64,000 bases of DNA from Deltaproteobacteria bacterium (GCA_040218735.1 JAVJQW010000050.1:320001-384000); one strand, 5' to 3'. Numbered from the stretch's first letter, positions 1 through 10,234 are shown. Made by a program: numbers and translations. Notes: a model not told the origin generated them from the letters alone.

Positions 1-103
1 CGGTCTCGGTGCGGAGCGTACGGTCTTCGGTCGCGACGTCGTCCTTCGGGCCGCAGGCCGCGAGTAAGAGGAAGGTCGTCAAGGTGGCGGCGAAGCGGGA
101 CAT
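1..103 (-). CDS. Lipoprotein, 5' part only (runs off window start)
   Basis: Not in ORF track. ATG at 103..101 reads MSRFAATLTTFLLLAAC-GPKDDVATEDRTLRTET, a signal peptide with LAAC lipobox. Confidence 0.7.
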   Translation of the reverse strand, partial: MSRFAATLTTFLLLAACGPKDDVATEDRTLRTET

Positions 104-198
104 TCAGGCCACATCTGAAAAAACACCGGCACCTGTGTCAATCGGTCCACACCGCCGTAGGAGCGGCGGGGGCGGTGTCGCACCCCATCGAGGGGGTT

Positions 199-393
199 TC
201 AGCTGCGGTGGAAGAACAGCGTGATCGTCAGGCAGTGGAACTCGTTGTCGCTGGACTGCGTGACGATCTTGTCGACGATCTCCACGCCCGGGTTGGCCGC
301 GAGCCAGGCGGTGATCGTCTCGCCGAGCTCTTCGCGCTCGCGGGCCTTCGTCGCCGAGAAGACCTTCACGCCGTTGAAGCTGTTCGTCGTCAT
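199..393 (-). CDS. Small hypothetical protein (64 aa)
   Basis: Protein-like sequence GVKVFSAT...IVDKIVTQSSDNEFHCLTITLFF. Purine-rich RBS, and TAGAAT -10-like hexamer at 454..449. Confidence 0.8.
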   Translation of the reverse strand: MTTNSFNGVKVFSATKAREREELGETITAWLAANPGVEIVDKIVTQSSDNEFHCLTITLFFHRS

Positions 394-533
394 CCCCGTC
401 TCCCCCGTTCCGTCCGCGCGCGCACCGACGCGATCCGCACGAGAATCATTCTACCGAGAAAACGCGCGGGTCGGAGGCATTAGTCCACGCGCCGCGACCG
501 ACTGTCCCAAATCGGCGCGGTCGACCCCGCGCC

Positions 534-1106
534 TCACACCGTCTTGCGGACCGGGGGCGCAGCTTTGTCGTCGCTCGGCGGCGGACCCGGTGGCTCCTCG
601 TCGATGATCTCGCGACTGACGAGCTTGTAACGACGGAAGGACGAGTCGAGGTAGACGCGGTTCGTGATCGCGGGCGGGCGATACGTGAACTCGATCTTCT
701 GCGGCGTGAACGTCCCGAAGATCGCGCGGCTGTCCGCGGAGAGCGTCAGGCGCAGCTTCGCGGTCACCGTCCCGTCGATCTCCGGGACGAGCTCCTTCGG
801 GAAGCCTTGCGAGACGATCAGCTCCTGACCGTGATCGCGTCGCGTCATGAAAATCGTGCGCCCGCGCAGGATGCCCGTGTACTCCTGGAAGCCGCCGCGC
901 ATGAGGCGACGACCGCGCACGAACGGACCGAACTGCACGAGCGTGATGCGCTCCGGTTTGCCGCCGCCCAAACCTTCGTCCACGCGCGTCCAGGTCCCCG
1001 CGACACGTATCGTGAAGCCGCGAATGATCCACACGAGGATCGCCACGCCCACGCCGATCAGGAGCAGGTGCCAGAACGCGAGCTCGATCGGTCCTAGACG
1101 AAGCAT
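534..1106 (-). CDS. Hypothetical membrane-anchored protein
   Basis: N-terminal TM helix ([20 protein letters not shown]), beta-rich body, Pro-rich tail; GC3-biased codons. Confidence 0.75.
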   Translation of the reverse strand: MLRLGPIELAFWHLLLIGVGVAILVWIIRGFTIRVAGTWTRVDEGLGGGKPERITLVQFGPFVRGRRLMRGGFQEYTGILRGRTIFMTRRDHGQELIVSQGFPKELVPEIDGTVTAKLRLTLSADSRAIFGTFTPQKIEFTYRPPAITNRVYLDSSFRRYKLVSREIIDEEPPGPPPSDDKAAPPVRKTV

Positions 1107-1182
1107 TTCGAGGCTGGTCCGGGGGGTTTTAGGCGAGTTTGGGCTTTTCGGCCATCCCGCCGTCCTCTATGGTCCTCGGCCC

Positions 1183-3246
1183 ATGGCGCCGAAGGCTTCC
1201 AAGATGTCGAAGGTCCGCAACATCGGGATCGCGGCCCACATCGATGCCGGAAAGACCACGGTCTCCGAGCGCATCCTGTTCTACACCGGCCGCATCCACA
1301 AGACCGGTGAAGTCCACGACGGCGAAGCGACCATGGACTGGATGGAGCAGGAGCGCGCGCGCGGCATCACCATCACCGCGGCCGTCACCTCCTGCCCCTG
1401 GCGGGACCACGACATCCACCTGATCGACACCCCCGGCCACGTCGACTTCACGGTCGAGGTCGAGCGATCCTTGCGCGTCCTCGACGGCGCCGTCGCGGTG
1501 TTCTGCGCCGTGTCCGGGGTCGAGCCGCAGTCCGAGACGGTGTGGCGCCAGGCCGCGCGCTACGGCGTGCCGCGCCTGGCGTTCGTCAACAAGATGGACC
1601 GCATCGGCGCGGACTTCGCCCACGTCGTGGCGGACATCGAGAAGAAGCTCGGCGGCGCCAACCCCGTCCCGATCCAGATCCCGATCGGCGCCGAGTCGGC
1701 GTACGAGGGCATCATCGACCTCGTCGACATGCAGGCCGTGCGTTTCTCCGGGCAGCACGGTGAGGTCGCCGAGCGCGGGGACATCCCGGCCGAGCTCGCG
1801 GACGAGGCCGCCGCCGCGCGCGAGAACCTCCTCGAGAAGCTGTCGGACCTCGACGACGCGCTCGCCGAGAAGTACCTCGGCGGCGAAGAGATCACACGCG
1901 AGGAGATCGTCGAGGGCCTGCGCAAGGGCACCATCGCCAACGCCCTGCAACCCGTGTTGTGCGGGACGGCGCTGCGCGACAAGGGCGTGCTGCCGTTGCT
2001 CGACGCGATCGTCGACTACCTCCCCTCCCCGCTCGACGTGCCGCCCGTCGTGGGCATCGATCCCAAGACCGAGGAGAAGCTCACGCGACCGCCGGATCCG
2101 AAGGCGCCGCTGTCCGCGCTGTGTTTCAAGGTCGCGATGGAGGACGGGCGTCGGCACGTCTTCATGCGGATCTACTCCGGGAAGATGGAGGCCGGCGCGC
2201 CGGTGCTCAACACGACCAACGGCAAGACCGAGCGGGTGGCGCGCCTGTTCAAGACCCACTCACACAAGAAGGAGCGCCTCAAGGAAGCGGTCGCGGGCGA
2301 CATCGTCCTCGCGGCGGGCCTGCGATTTGCGCGCACCGGCGACACACTCTCGGACTCCAAACACCAGATCCGACTCGAGGAGATGAGCTTCCTCAAACCC
2401 GTCATCTCCATCGCGGTCGAGCCGAAGCAGAACAAGGACCTCGAAAAGCTCGGCGAGGCGCTCGGCAAGCTCGCGGACGAGGACCCCACGGTGATGCTGT
2501 CGGAAGACGAGAACACCGGGCAGACGCTGCTCGCGGGGATGGGCGAGCTGCACCTCGAGATCCTCTGCGACCGGCTCGAGAAGGAGTTCAACGTCCCGGT
2601 GAGCTCCGGCAACCCGAGCGTCGTGTACCGCGAGACGGTGCGGAAAGTGGCGCGCGCGGAGGAGCTGTTCGAGCGGATCATCGACGAGGAGAAGAAGGAG
2701 AAGGTCTTCGCCCGCGTCGTCATGGAGGTCGCACCGCGCGACCGCGAGAGCGGGACGCGTTACGTCGACCAGCGCACCGACGCGAACAAGGAAGCCAACT
2801 CGATCAACGACAAGGACTTCGCCGAGATGCGCGAGGGCACGCTCGAAGCACTGCAGGCCGGACCGATCGACGGTTACCCGGTGCAGGACATCGAGCTGCG
2901 GTTGATCGAGGTCGAGACGCGCCCCGGCGAGACGACGACGATCGCGTTGCGGGTCGCGGCGGCGAACGCCGTGCGCGCGGCGCTCGAGCAGGCGGACCCG
3001 GCGACGCTCGCGCCGCTGATGAGCCTGGAGGTCGTCGTGCCCGAGGCGATGACCGGCGCGGTGGTCGGCGACCTGTCGTCGCGCGGCGGGCGCATCGAGG
3101 GTGTGGACACCGAGGGCGACCGGGGCGTCGTACGCGCGACCGTCGCGATGACGTCGATGTTCGGGTACTCGACCGACCTGCGAAACCTCACCGAGGGCCG
3201 CGGCAACTTCTCGATGCGCTTCTCGAAGTTCGACACGCTGGATTGA
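1183..3246 (+). CDS. fusA: Elongation factor G paralogue (EF-G2-like, outside the str operon)
   Basis: [34 protein letters not shown] and GYSTDLR motifs. Start at ATG 1183 (or 1204), not 847. Confidence 0.93.
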   Translation: MAPKASKMSKVRNIGIAAHIDAGKTTVSERILFYTGRIHKTGEVHDGEATMDWMEQERARGITITAAVTSCPWRDHDIHLIDTPGHVDFTVEVERSLRVLDGAVAVFCAVSGVEPQSETVWRQAARYGVPRLAFVNKMDRIGADFAHVVADIEKKLGGANPVPIQIPIGAESAYEGIIDLVDMQAVRFSGQHGEVAERGDIPAELADEAAAARENLLEKLSDLDDALAEKYLGGEEITREEIVEGLRKGTIANALQPVLCGTALRDKGVLPLLDAIVDYLPSPLDVPPVVGIDPKTEEKLTRPPDPKAPLSALCFKVAMEDGRRHVFMRIYSGKMEAGAPVLNTTNGKTERVARLFKTHSHKKERLKEAVAGDIVLAAGLRFARTGDTLSDSKHQIRLEEMSFLKPVISIAVEPKQNKDLEKLGEALGKLADEDPTVMLSEDENTGQTLLAGMGELHLEILCDRLEKEFNVPVSSGNPSVVYRETVRKVARAEELFERIIDEEKKEKVFARVVMEVAPRDRESGTRYVDQRTDANKEANSINDKDFAEMREGTLEALQAGPIDGYPVQDIELRLIEVETRPGETTTIALRVAAANAVRAALEQADPATLAPLMSLEVVVPEAMTGAVVGDLSSRGGRIEGVDTEGDRGVVRATVAMTSMFGYSTDLRNLTEGRGNFSMRFSKFDTLD

Positions 3247-3353
3247 CTCGGCGCGTCAGGCTGACGCCAGGACATGTCAGATATCATCGGACGTCAACCC
3301 ACAGGTTGTCCGTTGACCCCTTGGCCATCGATCCGGAGATTCGCTAACCGGAT

Positions 3354-6300
3354 ATGTCCCGTGTACGCGTATATCTCCCCTTCATCGCCTGCCTCGCGCC
3401 GGTCGTGAGCTGCGCGCAGTGTGCGCCCGGGAAGGTGGGCACCGGCGTGGCCCGGCTGTCGGTCCGGAACTTCGGCGCGATCGTCGAGCTGGTCAGCTCG
3501 GACACGAGCTGCGGCTTCGAAGCGCAGCACGTGAAGGACGCGGTGCTCCTCTCCGGTGAGCCGGGGTCGATGGGGACGGCGACGTACAACGTCCAGACCT
3601 GCACGATCGACATCCCCGCCTCCGAGCCGAAGACGTCGATGGACTGCAACGGGACGGTCTTCACGATCCACGGCAAGGTCACGGTCACCGCCAAGAAACA
3701 GATCGGCGGCATCCTCACCGGAGACGTCGGCACCCCCGTCATCCCGGCGGGCCCCGACGCCGCGACCATCTACGTCGAGGACGCGGTGTTCGAGAACTTC
3801 TTGGTCGAAAGCTCCATCAGCCCCAACAAACTCACGATGATCTCCGGCGGCATCTCCGGACAGCTCGCGCCCCGCCTCGGCGTCGACACGGCAAACGGCG
3901 CCTGCTCCATCCCAACGAAGAACGCGATGATCTCCGAGGTCATCTACACGCCGGGCTCGCGCGTGAACGTCGTGACCGACAGCCGCGACTTCGAAGTCCC
4001 GGTCGACGGCTCGCTCATCTGGGCGGTCAACGGCAAACACTCCGGCCACGAGAACGCGTTGTCCGGCACCGTCGTGGTGTGGGGCGGCGAGCAGGAGGTC
4101 CCGAACGACGACGACGGCCTCGACCCCGACTACGACCCCGCCCTCTTCGAGAGCTCGTTTGCGTGCAACGCCGAGCTCGCGCAGCCGACCTCCTTCGAGT
4201 GCCAAGGATTCCTCGGCCCGCGCCTCGCGCAGAACGCCGCACGTCTGACGGTGCGAACGTTGGGCCGCATCGCCTCCGCGCTGGAGGCCGACACCGCGTG
4301 CGGCTTCTCGAGCCCCACCGCGCAGGCCGCGGCGACGATCGACGGCGCGGTCGGCGGCATGGGCTCCGTGACCGTCACTGCGGAGGAGTGTGTGCTCGAC
4401 TTCGGCAAGTCGACGGTCCTGCAGACGAGCTGCCAGGGCTCGGAGACGATCGGGTCGGGGCGCGTCGTGGTGCGCGGTACGAAGCGCCTCACCGGGCGCA
4501 TCACCGGCGACGCCGCGACCCCCGTCGTTCCGACGACGTCCTCCCCCGCGGAGATCCAGGTGGAGATCCTCGCGTTCACGGACCTGCGCATCGCGGAGGG
4601 GGACTCGGCGCTGACGATCGAGACCGGCGCGCTGTCGGGCACCGTGCGGCCGATGGTCGTGGCCGACACGGCGCAGTCCGGGCTGTGCGCGTTCACGACG
4701 CCGATCGTTCGGTTCTCGGACATCCGCTACACCGCGCCGACGACGGCGAAGATCGAGTCCACGTCGGGCACGTTCGGCCTGACGATCGAGGACAGCAACC
4801 TGATGGCCGTGAACGGCAAGTGGGACTCGGACGAAAACCTCCTCGACGGGACGATCGTCGTCGACGGCGAGTCGTGGTCACTCCCCACCGACCCGGCCGA
4901 CGACGGCCTCGACCCCGCGTACGACGCCGCGAAGTTCGACGCCTCATGGCAGTGCGGGACGGTGCAGCTCCCGGTGAGCACGCAATGTGATCCGACACCG
5001 CCGCTCGCGCAGGGCGCAGCGCAGCTGTCCATTCAAACGCTCGGCACCCTCGCAAAGGTGCTGGAGGCCGACACGACGTGTGGCTTCTCGAGCCCGTCCG
5101 TGAACGAGGCTGCGGTGGTCACCGGCGACCTCGGCTACGACGGCGGCTCGGTCGTCTATTCCGTGGGCTCGCCGTGTGCGTTCGACTTCGGCGAGCGCAC
5201 GGTGGTGGCGACGGACTGCAACGGCAAGAACGTCTACGCGAGCGGGCGCGTTTCGCTCACGGGGACGAAGACCATCCTCGGCATCGTCTCGGGCGACCCG
5301 GCGCAGCCCGTGGTTCCGACCGACTGGGAGCCCGCGGAGCTCGACCTGCGCGCGACGTTCGAAGGCTTCGCGATGTGGGCGGATCCGGAGGCGAACATCC
5401 TCGAGATCCAGCAGGGCGCGTTGTCGGGTGTCGTGTCGCCGCGGGTCGCGATCGACACGGTGACCGGCGCGTGCAGCATCTCGACGCCGACGGCGCGGAT
5501 GCGCGACGTCGCGTACGAGGGCGCGTCGTTGACGATCGTGAAGGACGGGTTGCGCTTCGACCTGTCGGCGGAGCGGTCCGCGCTCGACGCGCAGAACGGC
5601 GTCGGCGAGGCGAACACGAACTACCTCGCGGGCTCGATCGTCGTGAACGGGACCTCGTTCACGGTGCCGGTCTCGGGGCAGCCCATCCTCGATCCGGAGT
5701 ACGACCAGGCGGTGTTCGACGCGAGCTACGCGTGCACGCCCGACATGGTGGTCCCGACGGACGTCGAGCAGTGCAACATGAAGCACGTCCTCGCGGAGGG
5801 CTTCGCGCGGCTGTTGGTGATGTCGACCGGACAGCTCGCGAGCCAGATCAACTCGGACGACGAGTGCGGCTTCGAGGACTTCTGGGTGAAGACGGATCCG
5901 ATTCGCGTCGAAGGCGACTCGGGCGACCAGGGGTTGTTGGAGTGGGAGATCGAGGACTGCCGTCACCAGAACAACGGCAGCAACCCGGTGTACGTGGACT
6001 GCTACGGGCGGCAGCGGTTCATCGACCTCGACGTCACCGTCGACGCCGGGCGCATCGTGACGGGCGAGCGCGAGACGATCCTGGTGTTCATCGACTCGAT
6101 CGTCCCGAACACGCACGACGCGGTGCAGATCATGTTCAACGACGTGGAGGTGCAGTCGTACGAGCTGTGGGAGCGCGAGGGGGACCTCGCGGATCCGTTC
6201 CGCGGCATCATCATGAACGGTGGGCGGTTGTCCGGGGTCGTGCAGCCGATCGTCGGTGAGCGCGCCGACGAGCCGGGGACGTTCGACGTCCCGACGCCGG

Positions 6301-6578
6301 TCATCCACGCGCAGAACGTGACGCTGAACGCGTCGGCGGTGACGCTCCACTCCGGGCCGAAGACGTTCAAGTTCAACGTCGACACCTCGGCGATCGAGGC
6401 GTTCAACGGCTCGTGGATCGGCAAGAACATGACGAACTTCCTCACGGGCTCGGTGACGATGAACGGTGAGGTGATCGAGCTCGGCGTGCTCCCGCTCGAC
6501 CCCGCGTTCGACCAGACGGAGTTCGACGCGCGTTACGCCTGCGTGAACCAGTTGGCGTACACGATCCAGCCCGAGTAG
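3354..6578 (+). CDS. Large exported protein or lipoprotein built of four ~260-aa Cys-containing repeats
   Basis: Signal-like N-terminus with Cys. Four copies of A(R/Q)LxV/I...D..CGF...LDPx(Y/F)D...F(D/E)...C. Confidence 0.85.
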   Translation: MSRVRVYLPFIACLAPVVSCAQCAPGKVGTGVARLSVRNFGAIVELVSSDTSCGFEAQHVKDAVLLSGEPGSMGTATYNVQTCTIDIPASEPKTSMDCNGTVFTIHGKVTVTAKKQIGGILTGDVGTPVIPAGPDAATIYVEDAVFENFLVESSISPNKLTMISGGISGQLAPRLGVDTANGACSIPTKNAMISEVIYTPGSRVNVVTDSRDFEVPVDGSLIWAVNGKHSGHENALSGTVVVWGGEQEVPNDDDGLDPDYDPALFESSFACNAELAQPTSFECQGFLGPRLAQNAARLTVRTLGRIASALEADTACGFSSPTAQAAATIDGAVGGMGSVTVTAEECVLDFGKSTVLQTSCQGSETIGSGRVVVRGTKRLTGRITGDAATPVVPTTSSPAEIQVEILAFTDLRIAEGDSALTIETGALSGTVRPMVVADTAQSGLCAFTTPIVRFSDIRYTAPTTAKIESTSGTFGLTIEDSNLMAVNGKWDSDENLLDGTIVVDGESWSLPTDPADDGLDPAYDAAKFDASWQCGTVQLPVSTQCDPTPPLAQGAAQLSIQTLGTLAKVLEADTTCGFSSPSVNEAAVVTGDLGYDGGSVVYSVGSPCAFDFGERTVVATDCNGKNVYASGRVSLTGTKTILGIVSGDPAQPVVPTDWEPAELDLRATFEGFAMWADPEANILEIQQGALSGVVSPRVAIDTVTGACSISTPTARMRDVAYEGASLTIVKDGLRFDLSAERSALDAQNGVGEANTNYLAGSIVVNGTSFTVPVSGQPILDPEYDQAVFDASYACTPDMVVPTDVEQCNMKHVLAEGFARLLVMSTGQLASQINSDDECGFEDFWVKTDPIRVEGDSGDQGLLEWEIEDCRHQNNGSNPVYVDCYGRQRFIDLDVTVDAGRIVTGERETILVFIDSIVPNTHDAVQIMFNDVEVQSYELWEREGDLADPFRGIIMNGGRLSGVVQPIVGERADEPGTFDVPTPVIHAQNVTLNASAVTLHSGPKTFKFNVDTSAIEAFNGSWIGKNMTNFLTGSVTMNGEVIELGVLPLDPAFDQTEFDARYACVNQLAYTIQPE

Positions 6579-6590
6579 TAGTCCCTTCGC

Positions 6591-7493
6591 GTGGACATCG
6601 ACAAACTCGAGCTCGCCTTCGACCCGGAGTCGCTCCGGGTCCTGGAGATCATCCTCGGGCTCGTGATGTTCGGCGTCGCGCTGAACCTGCGCGTCGAAGA
6701 CTTCGTCCGGATCTTGCGTCGGCCCCGTGCGCCGCTCGTGGGCGTGCTCGCGCAGTTCGTGTTGCTCCCCGGCGTGACGTTCGGCGCGACGTTGCTCCTG
6801 GACGTCCCCGCGAGCATCGCGCTCGGGATGATCATGGTCGCGGCCTGCCCCGGCGGGAACGTGTCGAACTTCATCACGCACTACGGGCGCGGCGACACCG
6901 CGACGAGTGTGTCGATGACGGCGATCTCCACGACCGCGGCGATCGTGATGATGCCGCTGAACTTCGAGCTGTGGGGCGGCCTGCACCCGACCGGGTCGGC
7001 GCTGCTGTCCGAGATCGCGCTGTCACCGTGGACGATGTTGCGCGGCGTCTTCATCTTGCTCGGCGTCCCGCTCGTGACGGGGATGCTCGTCGCGCGGTTC
7101 TTCCCGCGGGTCGCGAAGAAGCTCGAGCGGCCGTTTTCGATCCTGTCGCTCGCGTTCTTCGCGGTGTTCGTGATCGTCGCGTTCATCAACAACCGCCACG
7201 TGTTCCTGGAGGCGATCGGCTACGTGCTCGTTCCGGTGTTCGTGATGAACGCGCTGGCGCTGTCCGTCGGCTACGGTATGGCGAAGCTCGCGCGGCTGTC
7301 GGTGCCGGAGTGCCGCGCGGTGAGCGTGGAGGTCGGCATCCAGAACTCCGGGCTCGCGCTGGTGCTGATCTTCGCGTTCTTCGGCGGGCGCGGCGGCCTC
7401 GCGGCGGTCGCGGCCTGGTGGGGCATCTGGCACATCCTCGCCGGCCTCACGGTCGCAACGGTATGGCGCCGACGCGATCGAGCGAGGGCGTGA
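6591..7493 (+). CDS. Bile acid:sodium symporter (BASS) family transporter
   Basis: MFGVAL, AQFVLLP, CPGGNVSN and EVGIQNSGL motifs; multiple TM segments. Confidence 0.92.
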   Translation: MDIDKLELAFDPESLRVLEIILGLVMFGVALNLRVEDFVRILRRPRAPLVGVLAQFVLLPGVTFGATLLLDVPASIALGMIMVAACPGGNVSNFITHYGRGDTATSVSMTAISTTAAIVMMPLNFELWGGLHPTGSALLSEIALSPWTMLRGVFILLGVPLVTGMLVARFFPRVAKKLERPFSILSLAFFAVFVIVAFINNRHVFLEAIGYVLVPVFVMNALALSVGYGMAKLARLSVPECRAVSVEVGIQNSGLALVLIFAFFGGRGGLAAVAAWWGIWHILAGLTVATVWRRRDRARA

Positions 7494-7972
7494 TGGAGAT
7501 TCGACCGGAGGAGCCGACCGACTTCGACGCGATCGACGCGGTGGTGGCGGCGGCGTTCGGCCAGCGCGACGAAGCCGACCTCGTGAAGCGGCTGCGCGCG
7601 CTCAACGCGTACCGGGCCTTCGTCGCGGTCGACGGTGACGTCGTCGGGCACATCGCATTCACGCAAGTCGCGCTCGACCCGGAGGTCGGCCTGGTGTTGA
7701 TGGGGCTCGCTCCGCTGTCGGTGCGCCCCGACGCGCAGCGACAAGGCGTCGGCACCGCGCTCACCCAGCACGGCCTCACGTCGCTACGCGGTGTGGCCGA
7801 CGCCTGCGTGGTGCTCGGGAGCCCGGCGTACTACCCGCGCTTCGGTTTCGCGGCGCGCGACGGCCTGACGTGTGTGTACGACGTGACGCCCGAGCACTTC
7901 ATGGCGGTGGAGCTTCGGCCCGGCGCGCTCGCGGGTGTGCGCGGCGTCGTTCAGTACGACCCGGTCTTCTGA
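7493..7972 (+). CDS. GNAT N-acetyltransferase (YhbS-like)
   Basis: MEIRPE...LAPLSVRPDAQRQGVG...VLGSPAYYPRFGF. ATG overlaps the BASS stop (TGATG). Confidence 0.9.
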   Translation: MEIRPEEPTDFDAIDAVVAAAFGQRDEADLVKRLRALNAYRAFVAVDGDVVGHIAFTQVALDPEVGLVLMGLAPLSVRPDAQRQGVGTALTQHGLTSLRGVADACVVLGSPAYYPRFGFAARDGLTCVYDVTPEHFMAVELRPGALAGVRGVVQYDPVF

Positions 7973-7973
7973 C

Positions 7974-8642
7974 TCAGAGCGCGTGCTCGAAGAGCAACGC
8001 GACGGGGAGCCCGAGGCCGGCGACGACACCCGCGACGGTCCCGACGAGGTGTGCCTTCCGATCCGTGTTGCCGTGCCCGGCGATGACGTGCAGGAGCGCG
8101 CCGCCGAGGAGCGCTTCGAACGCCGCGAGCGGGAGCGCGTCGATGGCGACGTGCGCCATGCCGAAGAAGCCGACGAGGGTGGCGATGGCCAGCGCGACGA
8201 GCGCCAGCGCTGCGCTGCGCGGACCGAAGCGCGGCTTCAAGAGCCACCACACGAGGACACTCGCGGGGATGCGGTGCAGGACGATGGCGACGGAGAGCGC
8301 CTCCTCGCCGTGGGCGATGCCGGCGCCGTCCATGGTCGCGTGCGCAGCGACGGCGAAGAGCCCGACGCCAACGACCCAGCCTTCGCTCCGCGAGTGGGCG
8401 AAGCGGTGGAGCGCGTACGGGAGCAGGAGGCCGACGAGGAACGCGACCACGGCCCAGACCCCGGCGGCAGGGAAGACCCGAGGCAGCACGTGGAGCACCA
8501 CGAGGCCCCCTACGCTGCCCAGGACGAAGCCGTCGAGGAGCGAGCGCGCCCGGGGGGAGCCGTCGAGGGCGCGGTACAGGAGCGGGCCGAGGGCGAGCGC
8601 GCCGACGCTCAGCGCCAACGCGAAGGCTTGCTCCTTCGGCAC
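7974..8642 (-). CDS. Membrane protein, ZIP-like metal transporter domain
   Basis: Multi-TM protein with HATMDG, IVLHRIP and GALLHV motifs. Start GTG 8642 is uncertain. Confidence 0.65.
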   Translation of the reverse strand: MPKEQAFALALSVGALALGPLLYRALDGSPRARSLLDGFVLGSVGGLVVLHVLPRVFPAAGVWAVVAFLVGLLLPYALHRFAHSRSEGWVVGVGLFAVAAHATMDGAGIAHGEEALSVAIVLHRIPASVLVWWLLKPRFGPRSAALALVALAIATLVGFFGMAHVAIDALPLAAFEALLGGALLHVIAGHGNTDRKAHLVGTVAGVVAGLGLPVALLFEHAL

Positions 8643-8746
8643 GTCGTATCGAGTCCTACCGATGCAGCGGTTAGGCAACGACAATTCAGGGACTTGCGGC
8701 GCGCTGCGCCCAGGGTGGGACATCCGCGCTAAAAGTAAGTGATAGT

Positions 8747-8778
8747 GCGCAACCAGGATACCACGCGGTCGATAACGA
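8747..8778 (+). promoter_or_regulatory. Putative sigma28 (FliA/WhiG)-like promoter, copy 1
   Basis: GCGCAAC-N14-GTCGATAACGA. The -10 resembles GCCGATAA; 17/18 fixed bases match the copy at 40144. Confidence 0.6.
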
Positions 8779-8827
8779 TCTTCGTACGGGGCGCCCGAGG
8801 GACGCGCCCCGCCAAGGGGAAATCAAG

Positions 8828-9229
8828 ATGACCAGTATCGATATTCGCGCGTTCGCGCAGCAGGCGCTCGAAGCGTCCAACCTCGACCACAACGACTACA
8901 AGGCGTTCTCGGGCTGGAACCCCAGCATCGCGCTCGGCCAGCAGTACACGTTCGGCGCGACCGAAGCGAAGGAGCTTCGCTACGAGATCGATCGCACGGG
9001 CTGGTTCCAGGACCCCATGCTGCCGGACTCACCGCCCTCCGACCTGCGCGGCGCCGTCCTCTCGACGTTCCAGAGACTGACCACGCCGGAGGCCGCGCGC
9101 GAGATGCCGAAGGGGTCGGTCCGGCTGACGAAGGCGGCCGCCGACATCCTGAACAACTACGCGAAGGACCTCGGCGCCGAAGTGCACTTCGAGGCGCATC
9201 AGCAGCGCCCGAACCACCCGGTGGGCTGA
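8828..9229 (+). CDS. Hypothetical protein (133 aa, no signal peptide)
   Basis: AAGGGGA RBS, ATG start, coding-like composition. Confidence 0.8.
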   Translation: MTSIDIRAFAQQALEASNLDHNDYKAFSGWNPSIALGQQYTFGATEAKELRYEIDRTGWFQDPMLPDSPPSDLRGAVLSTFQRLTTPEAAREMPKGSVRLTKAAADILNNYAKDLGAEVHFEAHQQRPNHPVG

Positions 9230-9232
9230 ACG

Positions 9233-9418
9233 ATGAACGATCGGGAGAAGAAGTTCGTCGACGAGGCGGTCAAGAACCTCCTCGCGAAGCTCGGCAAGGT
9301 CGAAGACGCACCGGCCGCGACGCCGGCACGACGCCCGGCTTCGTCGGACGGGTTCACGCGTTCGTCGGTCTCGTGGATGGAGCGGCTCAACGGTCGCTCG
9401 ACGCGGAAGGCCGGATGA
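9233..9418 (+). CDS. Small hypothetical protein (61 aa)
   Basis: Starts 3 nt after the previous stop; its own stop overlaps the next ATG (ATGA). Confidence 0.7.
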   Translation: MNDREKKFVDEAVKNLLAKLGKVEDAPAATPARRPASSDGFTRSSVSWMERLNGRSTRKAG

Positions 9419-10212
9419 AGACGCTGCCGCTCGGGTCGGGTGCGCCGGGGTTCTCGAAGCTCCGTCGTCGGCTCGAGGGGCAGCCGCTCGCGCCCGACGT
9501 CGGGGCAGAGGCGCTGCCTTCGTGTGAAGAAGCCCGGCGCTTCTGGAGCGAGCGCGCGTGGAGCGAAGCAGCGGCGGTGCCCGCGATCTCGCAGCTGTCG
9601 CTCGCGATGATGCGCGAGCGCTTCGAGCTCGACGTGTTGGGCGCGCTGACGCGCATCGCGAGCGACGAGGTCCGACACACCGAGCTGTCGCGCGACCTGG
9701 CGAACGGGCTCGGCGGCTACACCGAGGACATCCCGCCCGAGGTGCCGTACGAACCGGCGCGACTCGCGGAGATCGAGGCGTGCGGCGCGGCGAGCTGGGT
9801 GTTGTCGATCGCGGTGAGCGAGACGGTGTCGGCGGCGCTGATGCAAGCTCGCTTGCGCTACACGACGCACCCCGCGGTGCGTGACACGCTCCAACGCATC
9901 TACGACGACGAGAAGGCGCACGCCGCAACCGCGTGGCTGATCTGCCAGAACCTCGTGCCGCTCGTGGCGCAGTCGGAGCGCGACGCGCTCGCGGAGCAGG
10001 CGCTCGAGATCTTCGAGGCGATCGGCCAGACGTTCATCACCGCCGGCCTCCCGACGCTCGAGAGGGCGCAGGCGCGACGCGTCCGGAAGGTGACCGCGGA
10101 GCGCGGCCTCGGCGCGATGCCGCCGGACGAGGCGGACCAGCTGGTGATGCGCGTGGTGACACAGACTGTGGCGCCGCGACTTCGCCGCGCCCAGATTCCG
10201 GTCCAGATCTAG
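9415..10212 (+). CDS. Ferritin-like (di-iron carboxylate) domain protein
   Basis: WSE...DEVRH...SET...DEKAH pattern; ATG 9415 coupled to the upstream stop. Confidence 0.8.
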   Translation: MKTLPLGSGAPGFSKLRRRLEGQPLAPDVGAEALPSCEEARRFWSERAWSEAAAVPAISQLSLAMMRERFELDVLGALTRIASDEVRHTELSRDLANGLGGYTEDIPPEVPYEPARLAEIEACGAASWVLSIAVSETVSAALMQARLRYTTHPAVRDTLQRIYDDEKAHAATAWLICQNLVPLVAQSERDALAEQALEIFEAIGQTFITAGLPTLERAQARRVRKVTAERGLGAMPPDEADQLVMRVVTQTVAPRLRRAQIPVQI

Positions 10213-10234
10213 TGACCGTCGATCGCGGGCGACG

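Noticed and set aside
847-1182. ORF-track N-terminal extensions (fusA here; also 15955..19065, 14871..15917, 42271..44229, 49215..51473, 52100..54157)
   Set aside because: Extensions overlap other real genes; homology or signal peptides begin at downstream starts, so these are not true fusions.
3254-3326. Short inverted repeats after fusA (GCGTCAG-G-CTGACGC; GTCAAC...GTTGAC)
   Set aside because: No U-tract and no second copy in the window; cannot distinguish from chance.
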